This document shows positions 20,207-31,061 of a stretch of DNA of 64,000 nt, one piece after another. The stretch covers positions 11,629 to 75,628 of the forward strand of contig JBBTVD010000020.1 of the NCBI GenBank assembly GCA_038063415.1, given 5' to 3'. The notes below the pieces were generated by a model. The model saw nothing but the letters and a program-made list of their open reading frames with translations, was not told where the DNA came from and ran no database searches. The position numbers were made by a program, and so were the translations under genes. This DNA comes from Patescibacteria group bacterium. Its GTDB lineage: Bacteria > Patescibacteriota > Microgenomatia > Levybacterales > UBA12049. The stretch's first letter is position 1, and every line of letters starts with the position of its first letter.

Positions 20207-21616
20207 ATGAGTGCAGAAGACCCCCCAGAACCACCACCAAGCGAAGAGGAGAGAAGAGCTGCGTTAGATGCTGCTCATCAGCAGATTGTAAAAGCTGGCC
20301 GTGATCCCCGATTAAATCTATTTAGATTTCGTCGTGGTCGATTTGGAAGACCAAAGGTTCTTAACGAATTTAATCCTAGTACCCGGCTTTGGTTAGCCGA
20401 TCAAGAACTTAAGCTTGATGCTCCTGATGAGGATGGTCAACAACGCGTCACAGAACTTGCGGATATCTCTCGTCCAGAAGGATCACCTCCTCCACTTCTT
20501 ACAACAGAAGAGCCGAGGCGTGAGAAATTTTGGTCAGAGTATCTTCCTCGCGAAAAGAGAGAAGCAGTGTTAGGCATTATTAGTGATAGAGCAAAGGAAA
20601 AGCTGACAAGTCGGTCTGAATTTGCGCAAGCAGCTGAAGCAGGCAGACTTGGCCCTTTTCTTGCAGAATCCTTTGCTGCGGTATCAGAAATTCATGCTAC
20701 AAATATGTATGAAGAAAAACTTACTATCGATAAAAAAGAAGAGAGTATTATCGTCGCTGGGAAAATGAGATTTATGGTTTCAAATAGAGATGAAGCAAGA
20801 AGGCTCTCAAAAATTTTTCAAGACCTACTTCCTTCAGTTAACCCAGCGAAATATAAGCTCTTGGTAGATACTGGTACGACCGATGCTGGACAGCATTATT
20901 TTGAAGTAGAGAATTTCAATGAACATCAAGCTCGTACGCTTGCACGAACGATAGAAGACATACAGGCGGAAGAAGAAAGTCAATTTACTATGCCTGAGCT
21001 TAAGTGGACAATGTTGGGGTTGGCAGAGCGGGGAGAAACAATGTCTAAGGAAGTCAGAGGACGAATGCTTGCTGCAGCGGTTAACTATCGCCAATTAAAA
21101 TTATTTGTTAATGGCGCTGATATGAGCGATCAAATTCTCAAAGCATTACTGGCAAGGGAAGCTGATCCTTCATTACAGGGTATACGAAATATTTTTAATC
21201 ATGGAGCCTCTGTTGCTGGTAGAACTACCCCAAACCAAGAACAGCATCCTGATCCAGAACAACGATCATGGTTAGAAGAAGGCATCACGTTAAAGCGTGA
21301 TGCTGATGAATCTCCTGATGATATTTCTCAGGGTCCCAGTACTTCTCGTATCTTAAAACCTCATGAACGAGCTGGAAGGAAAATAAAACAGAGAGTCTCA
21401 TATGTAAAAAAGCATCCTCTTGAATCGGTTGTGCAAGCAGGGCTAAAAGTGTATGCCGGGGCTGAAATTACCGGAGCATCAATATTAAAGATTCCTGATA
21501 CTGCAAGAGCAGTAAAAAAGGGAGGTAAGAATGTGATTGAATGGAGACGAAATACAAAAGAAGCCATTGCTGCAGGAACAAAATTAGATGAAAGAGTAGA
21601 GGAAACTGCTGCGTAA
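20207..21616 (+). CDS. hypothetical protein (469 aa)
   Basis: Long ATG ORF with no recognised motif. Confidence 0.7.
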   Translation: MSAEDPPEPPPSEEERRAALDAAHQQIVKAGRDPRLNLFRFRRGRFGRPKVLNEFNPSTRLWLADQELKLDAPDEDGQQRVTELADISRPEGSPPPLLTTEEPRREKFWSEYLPREKREAVLGIISDRAKEKLTSRSEFAQAAEAGRLGPFLAESFAAVSEIHATNMYEEKLTIDKKEESIIVAGKMRFMVSNRDEARRLSKIFQDLLPSVNPAKYKLLVDTGTTDAGQHYFEVENFNEHQARTLARTIEDIQAEEESQFTMPELKWTMLGLAERGETMSKEVRGRMLAAAVNYRQLKLFVNGADMSDQILKALLAREADPSLQGIRNIFNHGASVAGRTTPNQEQHPDPEQRSWLEEGITLKRDADESPDDISQGPSTSRILKPHERAGRKIKQRVSYVKKHPLESVVQAGLKVYAGAEITGASILKIPDTARAVKKGGKNVIEWRRNTKEAIAAGTKLDERVEETAA

Positions 21617-21681
21617 GATTCTATCTGTGTGCTAATCTAAATATTTTTGCAAAAAAGAGAAAGAGCCGATACAATAGAAAC

Positions 21682-22332
21682 ATGGTGCGCTCTCTACAAC
21701 TTTTTTTTCTCGGAGCAGTTTTCTTTTTTGCCTTCGTCTTTTTCTCCTATCTTGTCCACGAAAACCTTTTTACCAAGATTGATTTTAATACCACCGTCCG
21801 TTTGCAGGACAATATCGGCCGCAATTGGGATCGAGAGTTCTCTTGGTTTAGTGAGCTTGGGAGTTTTGAATTCATGCTTATTTTCTTGGTGTTGCTCTTT
21901 GCCTTGCTTCGTAAATGGGTTGCTGGCTGTATCGCTTTTGTTTTGTTTGGGATGCTTCATGTCGTTGAGCTTTTTGGCAAATATATGGTGAATCATCCAC
22001 CACCCATGCAGTTTATGCTCAGGACTGAAAATATGCTGGATTTCCCTCAATTTCATGTCAGGGCTGAATACTCGTATCCTTCAGGTCATGCAGGTCGTGC
22101 TTTTTTCCTTTCTGCCATTTTGCTTGTCCTGCTTTGGCAAGTTAAAAAATTTCCTTTATGGATAAAAGTAGGCTTATCGGGAGCCATTGTTGGTTATGAT
22201 CTTGCAATGATTGTTTCTCGTGTTACCCTGGGAGAGCATTGGATGACTGATGTTGTTGGGGGCGCGTTACTTGGAATGAGTTTGGGTCTTCTCACAAGCA
22301 TCTTTTTGGTAAAAACAAAAAATAGTTCTTGA
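21682..22332 (+). CDS. PAP2-family membrane phosphatase
   Basis: SYPSGHA and SRVTLGEHWMTDV motifs; TM helices. Confidence 0.9.
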   Translation: MVRSLQLFFLGAVFFFAFVFFSYLVHENLFTKIDFNTTVRLQDNIGRNWDREFSWFSELGSFEFMLIFLVLLFALLRKWVAGCIAFVLFGMLHVVELFGKYMVNHPPPMQFMLRTENMLDFPQFHVRAEYSYPSGHAGRAFFLSAILLVLLWQVKKFPLWIKVGLSGAIVGYDLAMIVSRVTLGEHWMTDVVGGALLGMSLGLLTSIFLVKTKNSS

Positions 22333-22372
22333 CACAAATAAGACAAACTGGTCTACTATAAATGGAGTTATT

Positions 22373-24544
22373 ATGTTGGAACGAGGTATGAAGCTAAACG
22401 GATTTAATCAATTTTTTACTACTTCTAAATCTTCGTTCATCCTGATCGGTATACTGCTCGTTACGATGGTTGTTGCGGTTAGTGTGTCGCTAACTCCTCA
22501 GGGACAACCAAGTCAGGCAGCTTTGGGAGCCAACATCGTTAAAAACCCTTCATTTGAGAGCGGCAAAACATCATGGCAGTTAAATCAACGATCACCTGGG
22601 AAGGGAACTTTTGCTACCACGACAAGCACAAAAAATGAAGGCAACAATTCCGCGCAGATTACGGTTACAAGAACTTCTTCAAATCCTGCAGGTGTAGAAC
22701 TAGCTCAATATGGTTTGCCTCTCACAGCAGGCAAGACATATACTGTTAGCTTTTGGGCGAAGGCATCAGCTAATCGTTCGATTAGAAATGTTATCCAACT
22801 TTCTTCTAGTCCTTATACTCTTTATTCAGACAAGACGTTTTCTCTTACATCAAACTGGCAACAGTTTTCTTATACTTTTAACTCTACTGTAACCAAAACA
22901 AACATATTGCTTGGCTTTCAAATGGCACAGGCAACGGGAACAGTGTGGATAGATACGGTGCAATTTGCGGAAGGTACAGTAACGAGTGCGACCCCTACCG
23001 TAACGCCTACTCCCATAGCGAACGCTACTTTATATGGTAAAGAAGGGACATTTGGACAATTGGCAACTGCTACAACACTTCCTTCAGGGCAGACTTTTAA
23101 GGCTGTCCCTGTCACTAATTGGGGTTTTCTTCCTGGCGAATCTGGATTCTTCTCCAATATTGCTTCAAATGGAGAAATTGTTATAGGAACGACTCCTTTA
23201 ACTGATAATCAAGTTTATTCTACCGGAGACACGATGGATATCGGTGTCTTTAACCCTGCAACAAATTCCTTCCGTAATATTATGGTTCCGACTACTACTG
23301 GTAAAACCAATGTAACTAATCCCTTCCATCCAGTTGGTGGGGCAAGTGTTGAAAGTCTTGTACCTGTTACGGTTGCTGGGCAATCTCGTTTGGCTTTTAT
23401 TTCTCTTGTTCCCTATCATGGATGGGATATTGCACAAAATGGTGAATTTCCAAGTCTAGGCTATCTAGATGTCGTTAATGGAAGTGTTCAATACAATCCA
23501 ACTTTATCCAAGTCTGCGAATCAGATTTATGGCAATGGTGGTGCTAGTGCTGTCGCCTGTCCACAAAGCGCGAACATTTTTGGACAACAAGTTGCAAACT
23601 GCCGAGGGTTTGGTGAAATGAGCTTATTACCACTCTCTCAAAAGTTTGTCATCACACAATATTTTCCTGATACTGCAAAAGGAGAGTATAGTGGCCGTAT
23701 CATTGTGATGAATACTGATGGATCAGTTGCCGCAAGTTATACCTATCCAAATATCCCGAACTCGAGTGGTGGCTATCTCACTGTCAATCCTCGCGAGGTT
23801 GTTGTTGATCCAACAGCAACTGGTTCGCTGGAATACTTTACCATAATTTCTGATGTAGCAGACAATGGTGTACAGCATCATTTCCCATTGCAGGAATTTG
23901 CCTATAACAGAAGTACCAATCAGATCACGCCAATATCTGCGCCTGTCTTTAGTGGACAGAAAGCTTCCAATGGCCAGATCTATCGTTTTGAGACAGCGAT
24001 GTACGACTCTTTAGGAAATCTTTGGGCAACACAAGCTCTCTCCGGCTCTCTTGCGGGAGGACCGATTGTTGTTTACACAAAAAATTCTGGGGTACGCAAG
24101 CTTGAAACTGCAACATGTACTGTGACGTTGCCTTGGACAGGTATTGATTGGGGAAAGACCTGTACTCCTGACCGTAGCGTGGCGGGTACGGGTGAATATG
24201 GTCAAACGAGAAGTTTTACGCAGGATCCCACAACTAAAACAGTCTTTGCCACGACACTTTCAGGATATTTATTGCGAGTAAAGCAATCAGGCAGCGGAAC
24301 AGGCTTAACTTTGACAAACCTCTCACCAATTACTATTGGTATGGATCAGTTAGTCGATCGGAATCAAAAAGCTATTGGTGTTAGAAAAGGAGTTGTTGAT
24401 GTGAAAAATCGAGCCCTTTATATCCCAGTAGTTCAAGTATACAACCAAACAGACTGTCCTACTTGGCCAGGAAGTACACCCTGTGCGCTGCAATCTTTCG
24501 ATCAGTGGCTTTATCGGTTTAATCTGGATGCAATTTCTTCCTAA
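22373..24544 (+). CDS. Membrane-anchored protein: CBM4_9 domain plus large beta-rich extracellular region
   Basis: N-terminal TM; NIVKNPSFESG...YTVSFWAKAS...GTVWIDTV. Confidence 0.7.
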   Translation: MLERGMKLNGFNQFFTTSKSSFILIGILLVTMVVAVSVSLTPQGQPSQAALGANIVKNPSFESGKTSWQLNQRSPGKGTFATTTSTKNEGNNSAQITVTRTSSNPAGVELAQYGLPLTAGKTYTVSFWAKASANRSIRNVIQLSSSPYTLYSDKTFSLTSNWQQFSYTFNSTVTKTNILLGFQMAQATGTVWIDTVQFAEGTVTSATPTVTPTPIANATLYGKEGTFGQLATATTLPSGQTFKAVPVTNWGFLPGESGFFSNIASNGEIVIGTTPLTDNQVYSTGDTMDIGVFNPATNSFRNIMVPTTTGKTNVTNPFHPVGGASVESLVPVTVAGQSRLAFISLVPYHGWDIAQNGEFPSLGYLDVVNGSVQYNPTLSKSANQIYGNGGASAVACPQSANIFGQQVANCRGFGEMSLLPLSQKFVITQYFPDTAKGEYSGRIIVMNTDGSVAASYTYPNIPNSSGGYLTVNPREVVVDPTATGSLEYFTIISDVADNGVQHHFPLQEFAYNRSTNQITPISAPVFSGQKASNGQIYRFETAMYDSLGNLWATQALSGSLAGGPIVVYTKNSGVRKLETATCTVTLPWTGIDWGKTCTPDRSVAGTGEYGQTRSFTQDPTTKTVFATTLSGYLLRVKQSGSGTGLTLTNLSPITIGMDQLVDRNQKAIGVRKGVVDVKNRALYIPVVQVYNQTDCPTWPGSTPCALQSFDQWLYRFNLDAISS

Positions 24545-24601
24545 GGAAATCTGGTCTCTGTTGATAGTCGAGGCAACGTTTGTTTGGGAAAACGAGTACG
24601 A

Positions 24602-25405
24602 TTAATAGCTATTGATCTCAGACATGGAGTCGCGATTTTTTTGCGGGTTCTCGTATTCGTACTGATATTCATAATTGTTATTACGGTAAGTCTTTTTATC
24701 TTCCTGCAGAGAATCATTCCAATTATAAGCTGTTAAGAGTGCTCCCGCAATAATTAATGCTATTTTGACATTTTGGTGATTCATTGAGATTGAGAAACTT
24801 GGATATTTGTCTGATAATCCAACAAGATAAGCTGTCTGGGCAAGCGATACTCGAAGAGTATCATGTTCAAATTCATACAGGCTTTCAGGGAAGGATTTTT
24901 TGAAGAGAACAGTAAACCAGGAGATTATCATAGCAAGAGAGCTTCCATTACTTAGTACTTGGGAAAAGATCTGATAAGGCACAAGTAGAATAAATCGCAC
25001 AATAAATCCTAGAATTGGTATCGCTAACCATTTGTTTGGATGAGCTGGCTTTGGCATATCAAGTGCAAAATGCCCATCTGTTTTGAGGCTAAATCCTGGA
25101 TATTTGTCTGACAGTCCATAAATAAAGACGGAAATTTTGGTCGAAAATCGCATCACGCCGATGAAAAAACGATAGCCTGGATCCCAGTATTTTCCAGTAA
25201 ACTGAACAACAAACCAGGCAATAAGCAGAACAAATGGGAAAGCGATTGCAAGAACAATACTTTCAATAAAGACGGGGATAAGGATGATGAGTTTTATAAG
25301 GAGACCGAAAAAAGGAAATGCATAAAAGCGATTAGGTTTTTTGTTTGGCGGGATAACCAGATGTGGATAGAAGGTTTTTGCTGTCTTTGTTCCTTGCTCT
25401 TCCAT
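24602..25405 (-). CDS. DUF4389-like membrane protein
   Basis: Duplicated module AWFVVQFTGKY...LSDKYPGFS / SWFTVLF...LSDKYPSFS. Confidence 0.75.
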   Translation of the reverse strand: MEEQGTKTAKTFYPHLVIPPNKKPNRFYAFPFFGLLIKLIILIPVFIESIVLAIAFPFVLLIAWFVVQFTGKYWDPGYRFFIGVMRFSTKISVFIYGLSDKYPGFSLKTDGHFALDMPKPAHPNKWLAIPILGFIVRFILLVPYQIFSQVLSNGSSLAMIISWFTVLFKKSFPESLYEFEHDTLRVSLAQTAYLVGLSDKYPSFSISMNHQNVKIALIIAGALLTAYNWNDSLQEDKKTYRNNNYEYQYEYENPQKNRDSMSEINSY

Positions 25406-25453
25406 ATTTCAACCGTATATCAATCGTGAATCCTTGTCAAGCAGTACTTTTAT

Positions 25454-26233
25454 TTAGGTGATAAATATTTGTAACCAACCGGGATGGTGGGCATTGATAA
25501 GTGCCAGATAGAGGATAAGATCAAGTGTCAGATGGATCGTTATGACATAGAGAAGTGAATCGGTTTTTCTAAAGATATATCCTTGAGCAAGAGCAAATGG
25601 ATAAATGGCAAATGGTGCCCATCCGATAAATCCTAGCTCAAAGAGGAACGAGGTAAAAAGTACCGCTTGTGCCGCGTTTGCCATCCAGAAAGAGAAATGC
25701 TTTCTGAGGATGGCCAGTACCGTGCTCACAAAAAAGAATTCATCCCACGTACCAAGGCCGTTGGTTCCGAGAAAAAGCATGAAGAGGTTGTCAGCACCTG
25801 GTTCAACTGTCCAATTAAGATACGCGCCCGTATTCCTCAGATAAAAGGGGAGAATTAGATACGCAATAGCCGCAGTGATGAAGATATACATAATTTCTTT
25901 GCGATACCATTTGCGGCCATGATGGAAAGGGAAGCGAATGGTATTTTCTTTGAACATATATCTGGTAATAATGAAGGGGAGGATAATCGCCAAAAGTAGC
26001 GGTGTCCCCATTTGCAAAATATGAAGCAAGCTTATATCGGTATTAATTTCGGTAAGGCCGAGGATGCCAAGTGCCCCAACGACAAGCAACATATCCCGAC
26101 GGAAATGCTTTTCTGTAAAAAGAAGGAGTATGGTAGTTGTTCCAAGAAGTATCCAACCAAGAGACTTCATTTGCAAGGCAATAAGGACAATTGCGTTAAC
26201 TGCAAGAAGTAAAAGAACAATATATCTTTTCAT
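25454..26233 (-). CDS. CPBP/Abi (CAAX-protease-like) intramembrane protein
   Basis: WDEFFF, LFTSFL, IHLTLD motifs; multi-TM. Confidence 0.75.
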   Translation of the reverse strand: MKRYIVLLLLAVNAIVLIALQMKSLGWILLGTTTILLLFTEKHFRRDMLLVVGALGILGLTEINTDISLLHILQMGTPLLLAIILPFIITRYMFKENTIRFPFHHGRKWYRKEIMYIFITAAIAYLILPFYLRNTGAYLNWTVEPGADNLFMLFLGTNGLGTWDEFFFVSTVLAILRKHFSFWMANAAQAVLFTSFLFELGFIGWAPFAIYPFALAQGYIFRKTDSLLYVITIHLTLDLILYLALINAHHPGWLQIFIT

Positions 26234-26262
26234 TACGAAATTATTGTAGCAAAAACATCAGA

Positions 26263-27777
26263 TCATTCCCATTCCATCGTTGCTGGAGGCTTCGTCGTTA
26301 TATCATAGACCACGCGTGAGACATGTGGCACCTCATTCACAATACGAGAAGAGATTTTTTGTAAAACCTCATAGGGGATATTTGCCCAGTGAGAGGTCAT
26401 CACATCAACTGATTCATACGCTCTGATGCCTACAACCTCGGCAAAGACCCGTTCGTCACCTTTGACAGCGGTACTATACGCGCCAGTCATGAGGGCAAAA
26501 CATTGAAAGAGTTGGTCGTAGATTCCTGCCTGTTTGATCTCATCAAGCACAATTCGATCAGCTATTTTAACTTGCTCAAGACGTTCTTCAGTTACCTCAC
26601 CTCGTATGCGAACTGCATAACCTGGTCCTGGGAATGGATGCTGCATCACTACTTCTTCAGGTAGTCCTGCGAGTCGTCCGATTTCTCTCACTTCATCTTT
26701 GTAATAATTTCTGACAGGCTCAAGAAGTTGGAGTTTCATCTCTTTGGGAAGACCTCCTACGTTGTGATGTGACTTGATGTGTGATGCATGCTTGCTCCCT
26801 TTGCTTTCAATGACGTCTGAATAAATCGTTCCCTGTCCAAGAAAAGTTGCATCTTTGTGGAGTGCTGCCTGTTCGTCAAAGATCTCAATATATATTTTCC
26901 CAATTGTTTTCCTTTTTTCTTCAGGATCTGTGAGTCCTTTGAGAGCATCAAGAAATCGTTTTTTTGCGTCAATAACGACCAGATCTGCTTTGACAAGCTT
27001 GGAGAAAATGTAGCGGACAAGGTCGTCTGTCTCTGGGCGCATCAGTCCAGAAACATAGACGGGGATTAAGTTCTGTCCAATTGCTTTCCCGATCAAAAAT
27101 GCAGCAACACTTGAATCAACCCCGCCGGATACTGCACAAATGACTTTGTTACTTCCGACTTTTATTTTGATTTCATCAATAATACTTTGGGGGTCAAGAC
27201 GCATTGGATGCAGTTCTTCATCACAAATAGTTGCAAAGTTTCGAAGAACCTCCAGGCCATATTCGGTATGATTGGCTTCTGGGTGAAACTGGATACCATA
27301 AAGCTTCTCTTTTTCATTTATTACAGCGGTATATTCGACAGCTTTGGTACGAGCAAGTGTTTCAAAACCAGCAGGCAAAGACATGACCGTATCACCATGG
27401 GAAACAATCACGGTAAACTCTTTTTCAGGGAGGTTTTGCAACACCCCTTTTGTTTTGCCGATATGGATTTTTTCAGGACCGTATTCTTTGGCGGTATTTT
27501 TGACGTCGCCACCAAGGAGCTTTGCCATCAGTTGCCAGCCGTAACAAATGCCGAGTATCGGAATGCCAAGCCTAAGAATCTCTTTTTCAATAACCGGAGA
27601 ATTTTTTTCATTTACCGACCGGGGGCTTCCAGAAAGGATAATACCAGCAGGTTTAAGATCTGTTATTGTTTGGAGTGCTTCTTCGGGAGTGGTATAGTGA
27701 ACGTTGACGCCAAGTTGCCTGAGTCTTCGACCGATAAGATGTGCTGTTTGGGAGCCGAAATCAACAACGACTAACAT
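26263..27777 (-). CDS. guaA: GMP synthase (glutamine-hydrolysing)
   Basis: DFGSQ, GICYG, QFHPE, SGGVDS, IKSHHNVGGLP, KPPATMEWE. Confidence 0.98.
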   Translation of the reverse strand: MLVVVDFGSQTAHLIGRRLRQLGVNVHYTTPEEALQTITDLKPAGIILSGSPRSVNEKNSPVIEKEILRLGIPILGICYGWQLMAKLLGGDVKNTAKEYGPEKIHIGKTKGVLQNLPEKEFTVIVSHGDTVMSLPAGFETLARTKAVEYTAVINEKEKLYGIQFHPEANHTEYGLEVLRNFATICDEELHPMRLDPQSIIDEIKIKVGSNKVICAVSGGVDSSVAAFLIGKAIGQNLIPVYVSGLMRPETDDLVRYIFSKLVKADLVVIDAKKRFLDALKGLTDPEEKRKTIGKIYIEIFDEQAALHKDATFLGQGTIYSDVIESKGSKHASHIKSHHNVGGLPKEMKLQLLEPVRNYYKDEVREIGRLAGLPEEVVMQHPFPGPGYAVRIRGEVTEERLEQVKIADRIVLDEIKQAGIYDQLFQCFALMTGAYSTAVKGDERVFAEVVGIRAYESVDVMTSHWANIPYEVLQKISSRIVNEVPHVSRVVYDITTKPPATMEWE

Positions 27778-27884
27778 GTATCTATTATAAAGATTTTTAT
27801 GTGCTTTGCAATCCTGAAATTACCATTGGATATAAATAGGTCTTGACAAACGTATAAAAAGTTTTCTATTCTATATGTAAGAGT

Positions 27885-28343
27885 ATGAAGAAGAAAACTG
27901 CCCCAAAAGCTGAAATCAAAAAAACAGCTTCCAAGTCAAAAGCACGTCGTACTTCCAGAACATTGTTTCCAGTTATTACCATCCACCGTTTTATTATTGT
28001 GAGTGCAGTTATCATTGCGCTTGGCGCTCTCTTTATCATCCCGCAGAAAAGAGATTTACAGCAAGCTGTTGCTGGTCTTTCTATCGCTAAGCCACTCTAT
28101 TCACAAGCGATTGTCGGTTGGGATGTTGAACCAAAAGCGACAGCGTACAATGTGTATTATAAAGAAGTAGGAGATGATGCTTTCTCAAATGCAGTCCAAG
28201 TCCCAGCTCCGTCAAACACGCATACAATCCAGTTCCTAAAGAAAAATGGCAATTACCTCTATCGGGTAGCAGCAGTTGATGCCAAGGGCAGCGAATATCG
28301 TTGGTCAGACGTAAAAGAAATTGATAATCTCCAGGGGATGTAA
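27885..28343 (+). CDS. Membrane-anchored fibronectin type III domain protein
   Basis: TM then W...AYNVYY...L...YLYRVAAV. Confidence 0.7.
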   Translation: MKKKTAPKAEIKKTASKSKARRTSRTLFPVITIHRFIIVSAVIIALGALFIIPQKRDLQQAVAGLSIAKPLYSQAIVGWDVEPKATAYNVYYKEVGDDAFSNAVQVPAPSNTHTIQFLKKNGNYLYRVAAVDAKGSEYRWSDVKEIDNLQGM

Positions 28344-28388
28344 CTATTAAATCCTAAATTTAGATATTAGTGCTTATTATATCTTCTG

Positions 28389-28853
28389 CTAGAAAACCTC
28401 AACTCTCGTCCCGATATCTGACCAGGCAAAGAGCCATTCAGCTGAAGCAACGGAGACATTGACGCAACCATGACTTGCTGGTCTTCCTAAATTGTAATTC
28501 CATGGTGCTCCATGAATAGCATAGGCTCCACTATAGTACATAACATACGGAACATCCTTGATGTAGTACTTACCACTTGGATAAATATATTTATATGGAG
28601 AAGACCCTCGCATATCTTGCTTGGCATATTTGCTTTTAATACTAAAAGAGCCTTTTAAGGTAGGAGTAAGGTGCATACCTGTTGAGACTTTTGTTTGATG
28701 TTGGATCTGCCCATTTTGCCAAGCTGTCAAAGTCTGGCTCCCTCGATCAACCGTAATTAACTTATCTGTCGTCGAAATTTGTGCCTGAGCAGGAGAGACT
28801 GAAAAAACAAAAAAAAGTACAAAAGAGGTAAAAAGGAGAGCAATCCGTTTCAT
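28389..28853 (-). CDS. L,D-transpeptidase (YkuD family)
   Basis: Signal peptide; VSTG..TP, AIHGA...SHGCVN. Confidence 0.92.
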   Translation of the reverse strand: MKRIALLFTSFVLFFVFSVSPAQAQISTTDKLITVDRGSQTLTAWQNGQIQHQTKVSTGMHLTPTLKGSFSIKSKYAKQDMRGSSPYKYIYPSGKYYIKDVPYVMYYSGAYAIHGAPWNYNLGRPASHGCVNVSVASAEWLFAWSDIGTRVEVF

Positions 28854-28904
28854 AACTCAAGCATACCATGTTTTTTGGCAGATTGTCCAGGAGCTTTTAA
28901 AAGA

Positions 28905-29432
28905 CTAGCCTCTTGGCACAACAGCCACGCTGCTTACCCTCGTCAATCGTTGGTGGCCTCTTTTGGGATTGTGGTGTTTAACTTCTCCAATAGTAATAGG
29001 GATCTGGCCAATTGACGGGCGGGTAAAAATGCCAATCTTAGGACGTATGGCACCTGTTACCTCATCTCTTCTCAATTCAAATCCGACAACATATAAGTGT
29101 TGCGTCTTTGGTGCCTGGACAACTCTTCCTAAGGTCGATCTATCAGAGGTAAGGGTCAGTCTCCTCCTCCCTTCACGTATTTCATCAAAACGTACTCGTA
29201 CAACGGTCCCTGGGAATGGATCTGCATAGGTATCTCCTTCTTTTTCTAATTTTGTTTGTGAGCTGAGTAATTCGCTTTGGTTCTTGGCTGTTGCACGAAG
29301 CTGGAATCTGGTCTTAGCCATTTGTTCATCCGTGATATCTTTAACTCCAGGAAAGGCAAGAGGCCCACATTGGTCGGTAAAGGTATGATCATTCCATCCG
29401 TCTGGAATCTCTTGAAGATATTCTATTTCCAT
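28905..29432 (-). CDS. hypothetical protein (175 aa)
   Basis: ATG 6 nt after TATAAT. Confidence 0.6.
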   Translation of the reverse strand: MEIEYLQEIPDGWNDHTFTDQCGPLAFPGVKDITDEQMAKTRFQLRATAKNQSELLSSQTKLEKEGDTYADPFPGTVVRVRFDEIREGRRRLTLTSDRSTLGRVVQAPKTQHLYVVGFELRRDEVTGAIRPKIGIFTRPSIGQIPITIGEVKHHNPKRGHQRLTRVSSVAVVPRG

Positions 29433-29480
29433 CAGGATATTATAGAAGATAAGCCCATAGTTGTAAAGGGGGGTGGTGGA

Positions 29481-30998
29481 CTAGTGCTTACGATACCGTT
29501 CGTACAGGGAGATAAAGATAGCTGCTGACCAGCTAAAGTCAGCAAAGCCAAAATGGAGGGTAGGCTCTTTAATTTCTTTTTGGTTAAACTTTTCTCCTTT
29601 TCCATGTGTTGGATCATAGTATTCATAAAAGTCATTTTGGATCATCATTTCCAGGGTTGAATCAATCAGTTGTTCTGCCAATTGCTCTGCTTTTGGATGA
29701 CGGTCTTTGTAGCGGAGTAGTCCTTCAATAATAAACATATTGGTGATTGGCCAAGTAGGACCACGCCAATACCTTGCAATTTCAAATTTTGGGCTATTAA
29801 TGGCCGTTGAGGGAATAGGGTAGGGTGTCCAAAATGTTTTGGGGTCAGTAAGGTTCTCGATAAGTTTTGGTAGTTGTGTGTCTGTGACGGCTTCTGCCCA
29901 GAGCGGTACAAAGGTCGCAATGGTAGGTTCAGCAATTTTTTCTTTTCTCCCTTGACTGACATCGATATCCGTATACTGTTTTTTTTCTGCATCCCAGGTT
30001 CCGGCTATGGCTTGTTTGGTTTGTTTGGCCCATTCTTTATACAGAGCTGCTTCTTCATACCTGCCGACCTTTTTGAGTAGTCTGGCAAGAGATTCATTGG
30101 CTCGTGCCCAAATCGAACTAAAGAGAATGTCTTTTACTGCAAAAGGAGATCTGGCAACAATCTTGTGATAATCCCAATCCCATTTGGCATACATATCGAT
30201 AAGCCCCATAAAACGATAGTAGTTTTCTCTGGTTGGCCGATGTGATACTTCACCAATCTGGTCATCTACCCGGTGCAGATTCACATCTTCTTTGACTGAT
30301 TGTGGGATCTTGTCCAGATCCACATGAGCATACACACTATCCCAGCGTGGAGAGTTGTCGGTGCCACTTTCCCAGGAATGGATAATTGTCATCAGTCCCT
30401 TATCTTCAGGATCACGGTAGGTCTTGAGATGCTCATGGAAGCGAATAATTGCTGGAAGCATCTCTTCAAGGAATGCTTCAGCTGCTTGTTTGTCTGGAGA
30501 ATGATCGTACACATATTCAACACCGATGGCAAACACTGGAGGTTGTGTGATGCCAGATGTTGGTACGCCATTTTGCCAGAATTGTTGCGTGCGCCACTTA
30601 TCTGCTTGTGGATAGTAGAGTTCTTCATCCGGGTTGTAGGTGATATGAGCAATCAGCCCATTCTCCCATTGTCCAGAAATAAGTGCCCGTAGTTCATCGT
30701 AGGCAGCTTGTGGGTGAAAATGAACCAGCCCCATAGCAACGGTTGCGCTATCCCAGTTCCACTGATGGGTATAATATTGTTTGGATGGAACGGTTCGACA
30801 GTACGTCTTTCCATGATGTTTGACGAGTACAAGGTTATGGTTGAGAATACGTTGTGCTTTTTGTTCTACTTCGGAGAGGATACTACGAGATTGGTGAGGA
30901 ATAATCTGCTGGATGGTACCAGCTGATGAAGAAGTGTTCTTTTTCATCGGGCGTGTATTTGTCTGCCTGTGATGATTTTCTTCTGTGCGTCGTTGCAT
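29481..30998 (-). CDS. GH63-like (mannosyl/glucosylglycerate hydrolase, MGH1-like) glycoside hydrolase
   Basis: YTHQWNWDS, GITQPPV, WESGTDNSPRWD, YWRGPTW, FYEYYDP, FSWSAA. Confidence 0.88.
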   Translation of the reverse strand: MQRRTEENHHRQTNTRPMKKNTSSSAGTIQQIIPHQSRSILSEVEQKAQRILNHNLVLVKHHGKTYCRTVPSKQYYTHQWNWDSATVAMGLVHFHPQAAYDELRALISGQWENGLIAHITYNPDEELYYPQADKWRTQQFWQNGVPTSGITQPPVFAIGVEYVYDHSPDKQAAEAFLEEMLPAIIRFHEHLKTYRDPEDKGLMTIIHSWESGTDNSPRWDSVYAHVDLDKIPQSVKEDVNLHRVDDQIGEVSHRPTRENYYRFMGLIDMYAKWDWDYHKIVARSPFAVKDILFSSIWARANESLARLLKKVGRYEEAALYKEWAKQTKQAIAGTWDAEKKQYTDIDVSQGRKEKIAEPTIATFVPLWAEAVTDTQLPKLIENLTDPKTFWTPYPIPSTAINSPKFEIARYWRGPTWPITNMFIIEGLLRYKDRHPKAEQLAEQLIDSTLEMMIQNDFYEYYDPTHGKGEKFNQKEIKEPTLHFGFADFSWSAAIFISLYERYRKH

Positions 30999-31061
30999 GA
31001 AAGAAAAGATTTGTTTATTTAAACACTAACGTCTCTATCTGTCAACAGCTGAGTAAAGCAA

